Assembly (NCBI GenBank): GCA_002433895.1
Contig: DJJA01000003.1
Coordinates: forward strand, 288,486-352,485
DNA length: 64,000 nucleotides
Direction of reading: 5' to 3'
From: Candidatus Gottesmanbacteria bacterium UBA6580
GTDB lineage: Bacteria; Patescibacteriota; Microgenomatia; UBA10105; UBA927
Part shown: positions 10,304 to 19,400 of the stretch, piece by piece
How the letters are laid out: the number at the start of each line of letters is the position of its first letter
Position numbering within the stretch: the first letter of the stretch is position 1
Notes under the pieces: model-generated
The model's input: the letters and a program-made list of their open reading frames with translations, nothing else
Database searches by the model: none
Told to the model about the DNA's origin: nothing
Position numbers and translations under genes: made by a program

Positions 10304-10645
10304 TCATGCGATGACTTTGTGCTGTCTTGGTTTCCAGGTGGGAGTGCACACGATAAATAATGCTAAGTGCCCGTTCCAGTAATATTTTTCTTTCGGTTTT
10401 AAGAGGATACAGTCTCCCATTTCTATGGGGGTTTCTTTTCCCCGGTGACCGATGACGCCGTTACCGCTTAGCACTAGTACTAATTCAGTTGAGATGAGGT
10501 TCGTGGCGTTGCCTTTTTCGGGATATCTTCCTGAAATGATAACGGTTGACCCGCCGATACGGTTATCCTTCATGAGGTACTCTTCTACAGAAGTAGTAGG
10601 AGAAGCATCTACTCTCCGTGCTTTTTTTTGTTTAACAATTTGCAT
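10304..10645 (-). CDS. Cupin-domain protein
   Basis: GRYPEKG...TELVLVLSGNG...GDCILLKP. Confidence 0.75.
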   Translation of the reverse strand: MQIVKQKKARRVDASPTTSVEEYLMKDNRIGGSTVIISGRYPEKGNATNLISTELVLVLSGNGVIGHRGKETPIEMGDCILLKPKEKYYWNGHLALFIVCTPTWKPRQHKVIA

Positions 10646-10669
10646 GGCAGCGCTATTGTACCTTGCTTG

Positions 10670-11467
10670 TCACCGTTTGTCGAAGAACCCATGAAGGAGG
10701 AGGGCGACAACGACGGTAAGTCCGCTAATGATGACCATCATGACCAGTTGGGAAATTTTCTCACTGGTCCACCAGCTCCGATCAGATCGGAGCCAGCTTT
10801 GCTCCTGCGGAGCCGGAACCGGAGTGGTTGTCGCAACGACGATCGTCGGGGATGGGCTAGCAGTCGGAATAAGACCCCCTACGAACAATATCGGGTCACT
10901 TCCCGGAGTGGTTGTTACACCTGGAGCGCGTGTTGGTGTGGGAGTGCGGCGTGGGGTTGGTGTCAGATTATTGTCCGTAACGACGACGGTGTATTTACAG
11001 TAACTCGGATAATCCGAAAATACCTGATTATTGTCCCGTACTCTGCAGGTTACGTTGTAGGTTCCTGCTTCAGTATAGGTATGGGTGGTCGTAATGGATC
11101 CGAATTGTCCGGTACCTTTTTCTACCAATTGTTTTTCGCTGCCGCCAAATCCGAATTCCGCAGCAGTTATGTCATTGTCCGGGTCATAGCCCGCGCAGGC
11201 AAAGCTGACGGTGAGCGGTTTGGCACCTGCCCCGGGTTTTACGGATAAACCGCTGCATCGGGGAGGACTGTTTGTGGGTGTCGGTGTTATGGTTGGTGTC
11301 GCGGAAGGTGTCACTGTGGGGGTAGCGGATGGGGTGACCGTCGGGGTAACCCCCGCGTCTTGTGCCAAACTCCGAATGTCAGCCTGTTGCGTGGCAGTTG
11401 CCCATAAAATAATTGGGAGCGCGAGAAACGCAAAAAAAAGTAAGATGGGCAGCGGTAATGATTTCAT
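10670..11467 (-). CDS. Membrane-anchored PKD-domain protein with Pro/Thr-rich linkers
   Basis: N- and C-terminal TM segments, PT repeats, and a PKD-like HTYTEAGTYNVT motif. Confidence 0.75.
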   Translation of the reverse strand: MKSLPLPILLFFAFLALPIILWATATQQADIRSLAQDAGVTPTVTPSATPTVTPSATPTITPTPTNSPPRCSGLSVKPGAGAKPLTVSFACAGYDPDNDITAAEFGFGGSEKQLVEKGTGQFGSITTTHTYTEAGTYNVTCRVRDNNQVFSDYPSYCKYTVVVTDNNLTPTPRRTPTPTRAPGVTTTPGSDPILFVGGLIPTASPSPTIVVATTTPVPAPQEQSWLRSDRSWWTSEKISQLVMMVIISGLTVVVALLLHGFFDKR

Positions 11468-11553
11468 AATCGATATATCAGTTTTAGTATATACCTATTT
11501 CGTTTGCAAATGTATGGCGTGAGTATTCGTGGCGGCATGCTATAATCTAACTC

Positions 11554-13419
11554 ATGCAATCGGCAGATATCAGAAAGAAATTTATCGGGTTTTATGTGGC
11601 TCAGGGACATGCGGAAATTCCTTCCGCTCCGATCATGCCGCTCAATGACCCGTCAACCCTTTTTACGAGCTCCGGCATGCAACCACTCGTACCGTATTTA
11701 TTAGGGCAAAAACATCCGGTGGGTAACAGACTCGTGAATAGTCAAAAATCATTCCGGGCGCAGGATATAGAAGAAGTGGGTGACAACCGGCACACAACAT
11801 TTTTTGAAATGTTGGGCAACTGGAGTTTGGGAGATTATTTTAAAAAAGAGCAGTTGCCATGGATATTTACTTTTTTAACCAAAGAATTACAGCTCGACCC
11901 AACGCGTTTGTATGTCAGTGTATTTGAAGGAAACGGCGCAGTACCCAAAGACACCGTATCTATAGAAATATGGAAAGAATTGTTTAAAGGTGTAGGTATA
12001 GACGCAAAGGTAGGCGAGCGCATCTTTACGTATCCTGCCAAAAAGAATTGGTGGAGCAGAAGCGGCGAGCCGGATAATATGCCGCCGGGAGAGCCGGGAG
12101 GACCGGACAGCGAAGTATTTTTTGATTTTGGTGTTTCCTTGGGGCTACATGAAAAATCCATATACAAAAACGAAACATGTCATCCTAACTGCGATTGCGG
12201 CAGGTTTATGGAGATAGCAAACTCCGTGTTTATGCAGTATCAAAAGCAGGAAGACGGAACACTCAAAGAGTTGTCACAAAAAAATGTAGACTTCGGCGGC
12301 GGCTTGGAGCGGATGACGGCCGCAGTGGTAGATGATCCCGATGTATTTACAACCGATTTGTTCGCACCGATTATTGATGAGCTGGAAGCATTTTCCGGTA
12401 AAAAATATGGTATTTCTTTAGCGGAAACACAGGCGATGCGCGTGGTTGCTGACCATCTGAAGGCGGCGACATTCATGATTAACGAAGGATTATTCCCCGG
12501 CAATAAGCAGCAGGGGTATGTGTTGCGCCGTCTTATCCGCCGGTCAGTTGTAAAAATCCATCAGCTGGGGGGCACAGGGTCGAAATCCGAACTGGGAGCA
12601 CGGGTGTATCAAGCGGTCGGCAAAATTTATGACGGCGTGTATTTCCAAAGCCAGTCAGAAGAATTCCGCGCGTTAGGCCAGGTGTTGGCAGAAGAAATAA
12701 ACCGGTTTGAGAAAGTCCTGAAAAAAGGGATGTCTGAACTTTCTAAGCACGAAACGATTACAGGGACGGTCGCGTTTGATTTACTCCAGAGTTTCGGGTT
12801 TCCATGGGAGCTCACCTACGAATTGGCGCTGGAAAAAGGCCAACAAGTGGACCGTGACGAATTTCAAAAAGAATTCCGGAAGCACCAGGAGCTTTCCCGC
12901 TCTGCGGCAGCCGGTATGTTTAAAGGCGGACTTGCTGATCACAGCGAAGCCACGACCAAGCTCCACACCGCGCATCATTTATTGCTCGCGTCGCTCCAGC
13001 AACTTATTGACCCTGCGATAAAACAGCGTGGCAGCAATATTACCGCTGAACGGCTCAGGATTGATGTAAGTTTCGGCAGGAAATTTACTCCTGAAGAGCT
13101 TAAAAATGTAGAAGACCTGGTAAACAAAAAGATTAAAGAAAATCTGAAGGTCACCCGGGTAGAAATGCCCAAAGAAGCGGCAGAAAAAATCGGCGCGCAG
13201 ATGGAATTCGGTACCAAATATCCCGATAGAGTAAGTGTATATATCGTCGGACTTAACGAAAAAGTTGAGCCTACGAGTGCTTCCCGGAATGATTATTTTT
13301 CCGCGGAATTTTGCGGCGGACCGCACGTAACCTTTACAGGTACCTTGGGTCACTTTACAATAGTAAAAGAGGACGCAAGTAGCGCAGGGGTGCGGAGATT
13401 GTACGCCAAGCTTGCCTAA
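11554..13419 (+). CDS. alaS: Alanine--tRNA ligase (short form lacking the C-Ala domain)
   Basis: LFTSSGMQPL, HTTFFEMLGNWS, VDFGGGLER, and editing motifs HTAHH and FCGGPH. Confidence 0.96.
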   Translation: MQSADIRKKFIGFYVAQGHAEIPSAPIMPLNDPSTLFTSSGMQPLVPYLLGQKHPVGNRLVNSQKSFRAQDIEEVGDNRHTTFFEMLGNWSLGDYFKKEQLPWIFTFLTKELQLDPTRLYVSVFEGNGAVPKDTVSIEIWKELFKGVGIDAKVGERIFTYPAKKNWWSRSGEPDNMPPGEPGGPDSEVFFDFGVSLGLHEKSIYKNETCHPNCDCGRFMEIANSVFMQYQKQEDGTLKELSQKNVDFGGGLERMTAAVVDDPDVFTTDLFAPIIDELEAFSGKKYGISLAETQAMRVVADHLKAATFMINEGLFPGNKQQGYVLRRLIRRSVVKIHQLGGTGSKSELGARVYQAVGKIYDGVYFQSQSEEFRALGQVLAEEINRFEKVLKKGMSELSKHETITGTVAFDLLQSFGFPWELTYELALEKGQQVDRDEFQKEFRKHQELSRSAAAGMFKGGLADHSEATTKLHTAHHLLLASLQQLIDPAIKQRGSNITAERLRIDVSFGRKFTPEELKNVEDLVNKKIKENLKVTRVEMPKEAAEKIGAQMEFGTKYPDRVSVYIVGLNEKVEPTSASRNDYFSAEFCGGPHVTFTGTLGHFTIVKEDASSAGVRRLYAKLA

Positions 13420-13427
13420 AATACGTG

Positions 13428-15833
13428 ATGAAACTTCCAGACGTGCTTACGGGGTTCATGTCCAAGAAAGAGGAGACGAAAGAATACTTTTTTTCGCTCT
13501 ATCTCGATACCGATGCGGCCGCTGCCGCAGTGTGGCATATAGATGCCGCGGGAACACCCAAGGTAGCGAGCTTTGCGCACGCGGTAGTTGCCGATGATTC
13601 ATGGGAATCCCGCACTCAGGTTGTTGACCGGTTGCTTTCCGCCGCGGAAGAGAAGGTGGGTACGGCAAAGGCGATCGCAAAAACTGTTTTTGGCATGCCC
13701 GGCGCATACCTTACGGCAGAAGGGAATATTACCGAAGCGGTACGACCACATCTCAAAAAACTGTCCCACATGCTTGAACTTGCGCCCGTAGGATTTGTTC
13801 CGCTTTCCCAGGCGATCGCGTTTTCACTAAAAAAAGATGAAGGCGTGCCACCGAGTGTTATCCTCATCGGTTGTTCCGGCACTCACGCGCATGTGACCTT
13901 ATTCCGGGTGGGCAATGTGACGCACGAAGATAATTTTATGCTCGGGGAAGATGCGGCGCTTTCGCTTGAAGCAGTGCTCAAAAAACATCAGGACGGCGAC
14001 GTGCTTCCTTCACGTATTTTGATTTACGGCGGTAACGCCGGGCTGCTTGAAGAAACACGGTCGAAACTGTTGAAGCATCCGTGGCCGACCCGCACTAATT
14101 TTTTGCATTTTCCGAAAATAGAAATTATTACGACCGAAACCCTGCTGACCGCAGTATCTCTCGCGGGGGCGTCTGAACTTTCGCATGACATCGGTGAAAA
14201 CCAAAACGGAGAGGAAGAAGTGTCTACTGTCGTTGCTCAACCCACGGCAGCAGCGGCAACGGTGGCTGCGGCAGCAGCGGGTGTTGCGTCCAAAGAAGAA
14301 GCGGAAGATGACAGCGATGACGAGGAAGACGAGACAGAAGACGATGACGATGATTATGAAGATGATGAGGAAGATGAAGAGGATGAGGAAGATGAAGAGG
14401 AAGATGACGGCGCAGGCGACGAGGAGATTTCCGAAGAAGAAGGGATAGTGCATGACGAGCTTCCCGATACCGCGACCCGTGACGAATTGTCGAACGTAGA
14501 GATGGTTACCCCGGAATCACTCGGGTTCAGGCGTGAAGATGTGTTGGAAGCAAAACCAACAATGGCACCAAAGAGTGTGGAAACTGGTGTTCCGGCGAAG
14601 TCCGGTAAACCGCGTATAGCACTCCCTATAACATTGGCACTTCCCCATATTTCATTTGATAAACTGCCTGATTTCCGTGGGCTGTTGTCACGTCTTCCTC
14701 CGGTGCGCCGGGGAGGTGCTCCGGTCATTATCGGCGTTGTTGTGTTGCTTATTATTCTGGCTTCGCTCTATTACACATTACCGAGAGCGACGGTTACTGT
14801 GCTGGTCGCCAGCCAGTCGGTGGACGAGTCAACATCGCTGACTGTTGATCCGGCGGCATCTGTCGCCGACGCGTCTTCAAAAATTATCCCGGGACGTACT
14901 CAGGAACAGTCGGTGAGCGGTGAAAAAACGATTGCAGTTTCCGGTAAAAAGAATATTGGTGATCCTGCCAAAGGTACCGTGACTATCTACAACAAAGTAA
15001 CGAGTGGGAGGACGTTTCCCAAAGGAACCGTGCTTACGACAGGTGGGGTCGCGTTTACCCTTGATAGTGATGTCAGTGTCGCATCGGCAAGTGAGAGCAT
15101 CGGATCGATCACCTTCGGTAAAGCAAACGCCAGTGTGACTGCCCGCGATATTGGTCCCAACGGTAATGTATCCGCAAGTTCGGAATTTAGTTTTTCGACC
15201 GTCAGCAGCAGTCAGGTATCGGCACGAAACGAGGCTGCGTTTACCGGTGGCACCAGTAAGCAGGTAACGGTTGTTTCCCGTGCCGATCAGGATGGGTTGG
15301 TGAAAGCGCTGACCGATGAGTTGGTGGGGCAGGCAAAAGAACGGCTGCTTTCTGTCGCCGGCGGCGAACGGCTTATCGACGCGACGATAAAAACCGAAGT
15401 TTCGGAAAAAGTATTTGATGCGGAGCTTGATGAGGAAGCAAGTCAGCTTCACGGGAAGGTAACGGTAAAAGTAACCGGTATCAGTATCAGTGACAGCGAT
15501 ATCAACGCAGCACTCGCTCCGCTTGTCGAAGAAAAAATTCCGGCCGGTTACCAGGTTGCGCCTGAACAAACTAAAGTAGATGTAAGCCAGGTGTCAGTCA
15601 AAAAAGACGGCACAATTACGCTAGTCGCAAAATTAACCGCTGTTTCCCTACCGGAGGTAGATCAAGCAGCACTCAAGAAAAAACTTGCCGGGCGGGGAGT
15701 AGATGACGCGCTTAACATACTGAAAGAAACCCGTGGAGTAAGTGGCGCTGAGTTCCGGTTTGCGCTTTCGCCACTTCATAGCCGATTACCCCTCAGTAGC
15801 AACAACATCACCATTACGGTGATGGTGCAGTAA
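13428..15833 (+). CDS. Large single-TM protein: cytoplasmic N-domain, acidic tract, baseplate-J-like extracellular domain
   Basis: One TM segment near aa 435-452. The AKGTVTIYN...G..F.LD...IGPNGNV...N.AAFTGG pattern resembles baseplate J/gp47-like proteins. Confidence 0.65.
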   Translation: MKLPDVLTGFMSKKEETKEYFFSLYLDTDAAAAAVWHIDAAGTPKVASFAHAVVADDSWESRTQVVDRLLSAAEEKVGTAKAIAKTVFGMPGAYLTAEGNITEAVRPHLKKLSHMLELAPVGFVPLSQAIAFSLKKDEGVPPSVILIGCSGTHAHVTLFRVGNVTHEDNFMLGEDAALSLEAVLKKHQDGDVLPSRILIYGGNAGLLEETRSKLLKHPWPTRTNFLHFPKIEIITTETLLTAVSLAGASELSHDIGENQNGEEEVSTVVAQPTAAAATVAAAAAGVASKEEAEDDSDDEEDETEDDDDDYEDDEEDEEDEEDEEEDDGAGDEEISEEEGIVHDELPDTATRDELSNVEMVTPESLGFRREDVLEAKPTMAPKSVETGVPAKSGKPRIALPITLALPHISFDKLPDFRGLLSRLPPVRRGGAPVIIGVVVLLIILASLYYTLPRATVTVLVASQSVDESTSLTVDPAASVADASSKIIPGRTQEQSVSGEKTIAVSGKKNIGDPAKGTVTIYNKVTSGRTFPKGTVLTTGGVAFTLDSDVSVASASESIGSITFGKANASVTARDIGPNGNVSASSEFSFSTVSSSQVSARNEAAFTGGTSKQVTVVSRADQDGLVKALTDELVGQAKERLLSVAGGERLIDATIKTEVSEKVFDAELDEEASQLHGKVTVKVTGISISDSDINAALAPLVEEKIPAGYQVAPEQTKVDVSQVSVKKDGTITLVAKLTAVSLPEVDQAALKKKLAGRGVDDALNILKETRGVSGAEFRFALSPLHSRLPLSSNNITITVMVQ
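14294..14410 (+). repeat. Low-complexity GAY/GAR tract encoding poly-Asp/Glu
   Basis: EEAEDDSDDEEDETEDDDDDYEDDEEDEEDEEDEEEDD. Confidence 0.85.
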
Positions 15834-15840
15834 TTTTTAT

Positions 15841-15891
15841 CCGGGACAAAACCATTGGTTTTTCTCGGCGCTATATCTGGCGGCGCCAGAT
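15841..15891. repeat. Two adjacent intergenic hairpins
   Basis: CCGGGACAAAACC-ATT-GGTTTTTCTCGG and ATCTGGCG-G-CGCCAGAT. Confidence 0.55.
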
Positions 15892-15951
15892 GGTCCGGCT
15901 TCTCTCACTTTTTCCAAGAGAAAGCATATATAATGGTTATAAGAGGTTTTT

Positions 15952-16659
15952 ATGGCGATGTATCGATACGTCAAGACGATGCCCCGCGTACCGGTTTCCC
16001 GACCGGTGGTTGTCTCATATATGTTGATGGGTATCGGGGTATTTATTATCCTCTGGACGGTGTGGCCGATCGCATCGTTTTTCTTTGTCGATCAGATTGT
16101 ACTGGCAAAAACCGTAAGTCCGGTGGCTGACCTTACTGGGCAAGGCCCCACAACCCCACTTGCGTTTGCCTCGGGTGACGAGAAAACGACGGACGCAAAC
16201 ACATGGTTCCCGCTCCAGCCACAGAAAAAGGTATCCGCGCCGGTCAATAGCTACAAACTTTCTATTCCGTCACTGGATATTACGGATGCTACTGTCATCA
16301 TCGCGGGTGACGATTTGGGGGAGAGCATAATCCATTACGGCGGCACCGCGCTTCCCGGAGAATACGGGAATACGGTGTTGTTTGGCCACTCAACGTTGCC
16401 GCAGTTTTTCCGGGGTACCAAGGATTACCGCTCGATATTTGCGACCCTTCCTACTATCAAAGTTGGTGAGTCGGTGCATATAACGTATGATGGAGTAAGT
16501 TACCGGTATGTGGTGACGGATAAAGTCGTTGTGGAACCTACGGATCTTACACCGCTCGAGCAGCGGTTTGATGATTCGTATATTACGCTCGTTACGTGCG
16601 TCCCTCCTGGCACTTATTTGTACCGCTTAAACGTAAAAGCAAAATTAGTGAGGATTTAG
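15952..16659 (+). CDS. Sortase
   Basis: N-terminal TM segment, GNTVLFGHS, ITLVTC and a downstream Arg. Confidence 0.92.
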   Translation: MAMYRYVKTMPRVPVSRPVVVSYMLMGIGVFIILWTVWPIASFFFVDQIVLAKTVSPVADLTGQGPTTPLAFASGDEKTTDANTWFPLQPQKKVSAPVNSYKLSIPSLDITDATVIIAGDDLGESIIHYGGTALPGEYGNTVLFGHSTLPQFFRGTKDYRSIFATLPTIKVGESVHITYDGVSYRYVVTDKVVVEPTDLTPLEQRFDDSYITLVTCVPPGTYLYRLNVKAKLVRI

Positions 16660-16662
16660 GAC

Positions 16663-16980
16663 TATGCCGGGTAGTGAAGTTTCAGAAGATTATGTTCTTT
16701 TATGTATATCTACTGCAAAGCATAAAAAATAAAGAGTTTTATATAGGGAGCACGGGAAATCTGGTGCGTCGGGTAAAAGAACATAATCTTGGATTAAATC
16801 AGTCAACGAGGCCGTATAAACCATGGAAGCTTATATACTATGAAGCATGTCGAAACCGTCTTGATGCAAAACGCAGAGAGCACTATCTTAAAACTAGTGA
16901 AGGAGGGAGATTGTTGAAGCGCAGAATAAAAGAATACCTTTTCTCGCTGCGTTTTGACTGAAACTCTACTACCCGGTATG
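16663..16980 (+). mobile_element. GIY-YIG-encoding element with 19-bp terminal inverted repeats and a TATG direct repeat
   Basis: TATG(16663-66)-CCGGGTAGTGAAGTTTCAG(16667-85)...CTGAAACTCTACTACCCGG(16958-76)-TATG(16977-80). Confidence 0.8.
16692..16961 (+). CDS. Stand-alone GIY-YIG nuclease (89 aa)
   Basis: FYVYLLQS...FYIGST...RRVKEHN...EA...AKRREHYLK. The stop codon lies inside the right inverted repeat. Confidence 0.92.
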   Translation: MFFYVYLLQSIKNKEFYIGSTGNLVRRVKEHNLGLNQSTRPYKPWKLIYYEACRNRLDAKRREHYLKTSEGGRLLKRRIKEYLFSLRFD

Positions 16981-18237
16981 TCAAACATATCACAGCAGAA
17001 GGCAATTGAGGCAATCAAAAAAAAGCTGGTCGGCAAGCGGCTTAATTATGATGAAATCTATTCGATCATGGATGAGATCGCCAATGAAAAGTTAAGCCCC
17101 GTGCTTACGACCTATTTTGCCGCCGCAGGCTTTAAAGAAGGATTTTCTGATGAAGAACTGTATTCGTTAACACGCGCGATGGTGGCAACGGGACCACGGC
17201 TGAAATTTTCCGGTATTGTCGCGGATAAACATTCCGCGGGGGGAGTAGCAGGGACGAGGACGACGATGATCGTCGTGCCGATTATTGCCGCCGCAGGGTA
17301 CAAAATCCCCAAGACATCCACGAGGGCTATCACCTCGCCCGCCGGAACGGCGGACACTATGGAAGTTGTTGCCCCGGTGACATTTACTACCAGCCAGATA
17401 ACCAAGATCGTCAACAAAGTCGGCGGGTGTATTGTATGGGGCGGACATGTGGGATTGGCTCCCGCGGACGATATCCTTATCCAGGTAGAACGGCCGTTGG
17501 CGTTTGAATCCTATGACAAAATTATTGTGTCCGTGATGGCCAAAAAAATCGCGTCGGGAGCCAATCACCTGGTGCTGGATCTTCCGGTGGGTCCCACGAT
17601 GAAAATCCAGCATTTTAAGGATGCCGAGCTTATGGCAAAAAAATTTATGATGCTTGGCAAGAAATTTAAAATGAAGGTAACTATCGATATCAACGAAACC
17701 CGCCAAAACGCCGGTCGTGGTATTGGGCCCATATTGGAAGCGAGAGATGTTTTTCAGGTATTGGAGCAGGCACCCGAGCGGCCGCTCGCGCTGGAAGCAA
17801 AGGCATTACGGCTAGCCGGCAAACTGCTGTCCCTCTGTTTTGCTGACACTCCCGGAAAAAAAGATTTGGACGGCGAAGAAGCAGCGCGTGAGATACTGGT
17901 GTCCGGCAAGGCACTCACCAAAATGCGGGAGATTATCAAAGCACAGGGCGGTGACCCCAACGTAGCAAGCCATAAGCTTACCCCCGGAAAAGAAATTTAT
18001 GAACTTAAGGCCACAAAAAAGGGCATGATTTCCGGCATACAAAATCACCAGATTACGGTTATCTGCAGGATATTGGGGTGCCCGACGGACAAGAAAGCCG
18101 GTATGTTCCTTAACCGGAAACTTGAAGAGCGGGTGGACAAAGGTGATATACTAGCTACGATTTACAGTTCTGATAAATGGCGTCTCAAAGAAGCGGCAGA
18201 AACGCTCAAAACGATGCCAGTATATACGATAGAATAA
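16978..18237 (+). CDS. AMP phosphorylase / thymidine phosphorylase family protein
   Basis: DKHSAGGVAG, PKTSTRAITSPAGTADTMEV, LAPADD, GRGIGP.LEA. Confidence 0.9.
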   Translation: MSNISQQKAIEAIKKKLVGKRLNYDEIYSIMDEIANEKLSPVLTTYFAAAGFKEGFSDEELYSLTRAMVATGPRLKFSGIVADKHSAGGVAGTRTTMIVVPIIAAAGYKIPKTSTRAITSPAGTADTMEVVAPVTFTTSQITKIVNKVGGCIVWGGHVGLAPADDILIQVERPLAFESYDKIIVSVMAKKIASGANHLVLDLPVGPTMKIQHFKDAELMAKKFMMLGKKFKMKVTIDINETRQNAGRGIGPILEARDVFQVLEQAPERPLALEAKALRLAGKLLSLCFADTPGKKDLDGEEAAREILVSGKALTKMREIIKAQGGDPNVASHKLTPGKEIYELKATKKGMISGIQNHQITVICRILGCPTDKKAGMFLNRKLEERVDKGDILATIYSSDKWRLKEAAETLKTMPVYTIE

Positions 18238-18241
18238 TCAT

Positions 18242-18433
18242 ATGTTCAAAAATTTATTGGGTCCGGTACAGGCATGGCTGCTCTCACAGGGAAAATGTGT
18301 GGGGTGCGGTAAGCTTCTTCCTGTGAAGGAAGGTGAAGGCATGGTGCGGGTAGATTGCTCCTGTAAGCGGATTTATATGTATGACCCCGCGGCCAAAAAA
18401 TACCGCCGGGCCCTCTTACATGAAATCAAATAA
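18242..18433 (+). CDS. Small zinc-ribbon protein
   Basis: CVGC...CSC motifs; tightly packed in the operon. Confidence 0.65.
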   Translation: MFKNLLGPVQAWLLSQGKCVGCGKLLPVKEGEGMVRVDCSCKRIYMYDPAAKKYRRALLHEIK

Positions 18434-19400
18434 TGCTGTTATGACCAGAGTCGTTGTGTTTCTTTTCGTTCTTCTCGTCGCCGTCGGCGGCTCGCTTGCC
18501 TGGTGGTTTGATAGCACGCGGGCAGTGGATGCGGCTGATAGCACGCCGGTTTCATTCCGGGTAAATAACGGAGATGGTGTGCGTGTTATTGCCGCTAATC
18601 TCGCGGAAGATAACCTGATCCGCAGCTCGACCGCGTTTTTTGTGCTCGTAAAACTTATGGGGATAGAGCGTTCGCTGCAGGCGGGGGATTTCCGGCTGAA
18701 CCGCACCATGGATAGCCGTACGATTGCCCGCGAACTCACGCTCGGATTTAAAGACGTGTGGGTTACGACACTCGAGGGATGGCGCAACGAAGAAATTGCC
18801 ATTGCGCTGGTAAAAAATCTTGATTTGCCGGAAAGCGAATTTTTGCGTGACGCCAAAGAGGGATACATGTTCCCTGATACGTACCTGATCCCCCAGGACG
18901 CAACGGCTGGCGCGATCATATCTATATTTACGAGCGCGTTTGATAAAAAGGTTACGCCTGAGATGCGCGCTGATATACGGGCGTCAGGGCTGACCCTCGA
19001 TCAGGTGGTGACACTTGCATCTATCGTCGAGCGGGAAGGTAAAACAGACGAGGACCGCCCGGTGATTGCCGGTATTTTGCTAAACCGATTGGAAGCGGGT
19101 TGGCCCCTACAGGCAGATGCCACGCTTCAATATGCGCTTGGGTATCAGCCACAGGAAAAAACATGGTGGAAAAAAGCGCTCACGGACGAAGATAAAAAAG
19201 TGCGGTCACCTTACAATACCTATGCCAATACGGGATTGCCTCCGGGACCTATCAGTAACCCGGGAATTTCGGCAATCAGAGCGGCAATATATCCCAAGAA
19301 AACTGACTATTGGTTTTATATCCATGATCCGTCAGGCGGTGTTCACTACGCGACGACCCTCGAGGAACATAACGCAAATATCGCGAAATATCTCCAATAA
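18420..19400 (+). CDS. mltG: Endolytic transglycosylase MltG
   Basis: EGYMFPDTY, LASIVERE, LQADAT, SPYNTY...GLPPGPISNPG. Confidence 0.95.
   Translation: MKSNNAVMTRVVVFLFVLLVAVGGSLAWWFDSTRAVDAADSTPVSFRVNNGDGVRVIAANLAEDNLIRSSTAFFVLVKLMGIERSLQAGDFRLNRTMDSRTIARELTLGFKDVWVTTLEGWRNEEIAIALVKNLDLPESEFLRDAKEGYMFPDTYLIPQDATAGAIISIFTSAFDKKVTPEMRADIRASGLTLDQVVTLASIVEREGKTDEDRPVIAGILLNRLEAGWPLQADATLQYALGYQPQEKTWWKKALTDEDKKVRSPYNTYANTGLPPGPISNPGISAIRAAIYPKKTDYWFYIHDPSGGVHYATTLEEHNANIAKYLQ

Noticed and set aside
10670-11467. PKD protein as a sortase substrate
   Set aside because: It has a C-terminal TM segment and basic tail but no LPxTG-like motif next to the TM.
13428-15833. Prophage tail or contractile injection system
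   Set aside because: A lone baseplate-J-like domain with a TM anchor among housekeeping genes; no sheath, tube or spike genes.
16692-16961. GIY-YIG gene as a group I intron homing endonuclease
   Set aside because: Only about 25 nt and 15 nt of element flank the ORF, far too little for a ribozyme core, and the host CDS is not interrupted.
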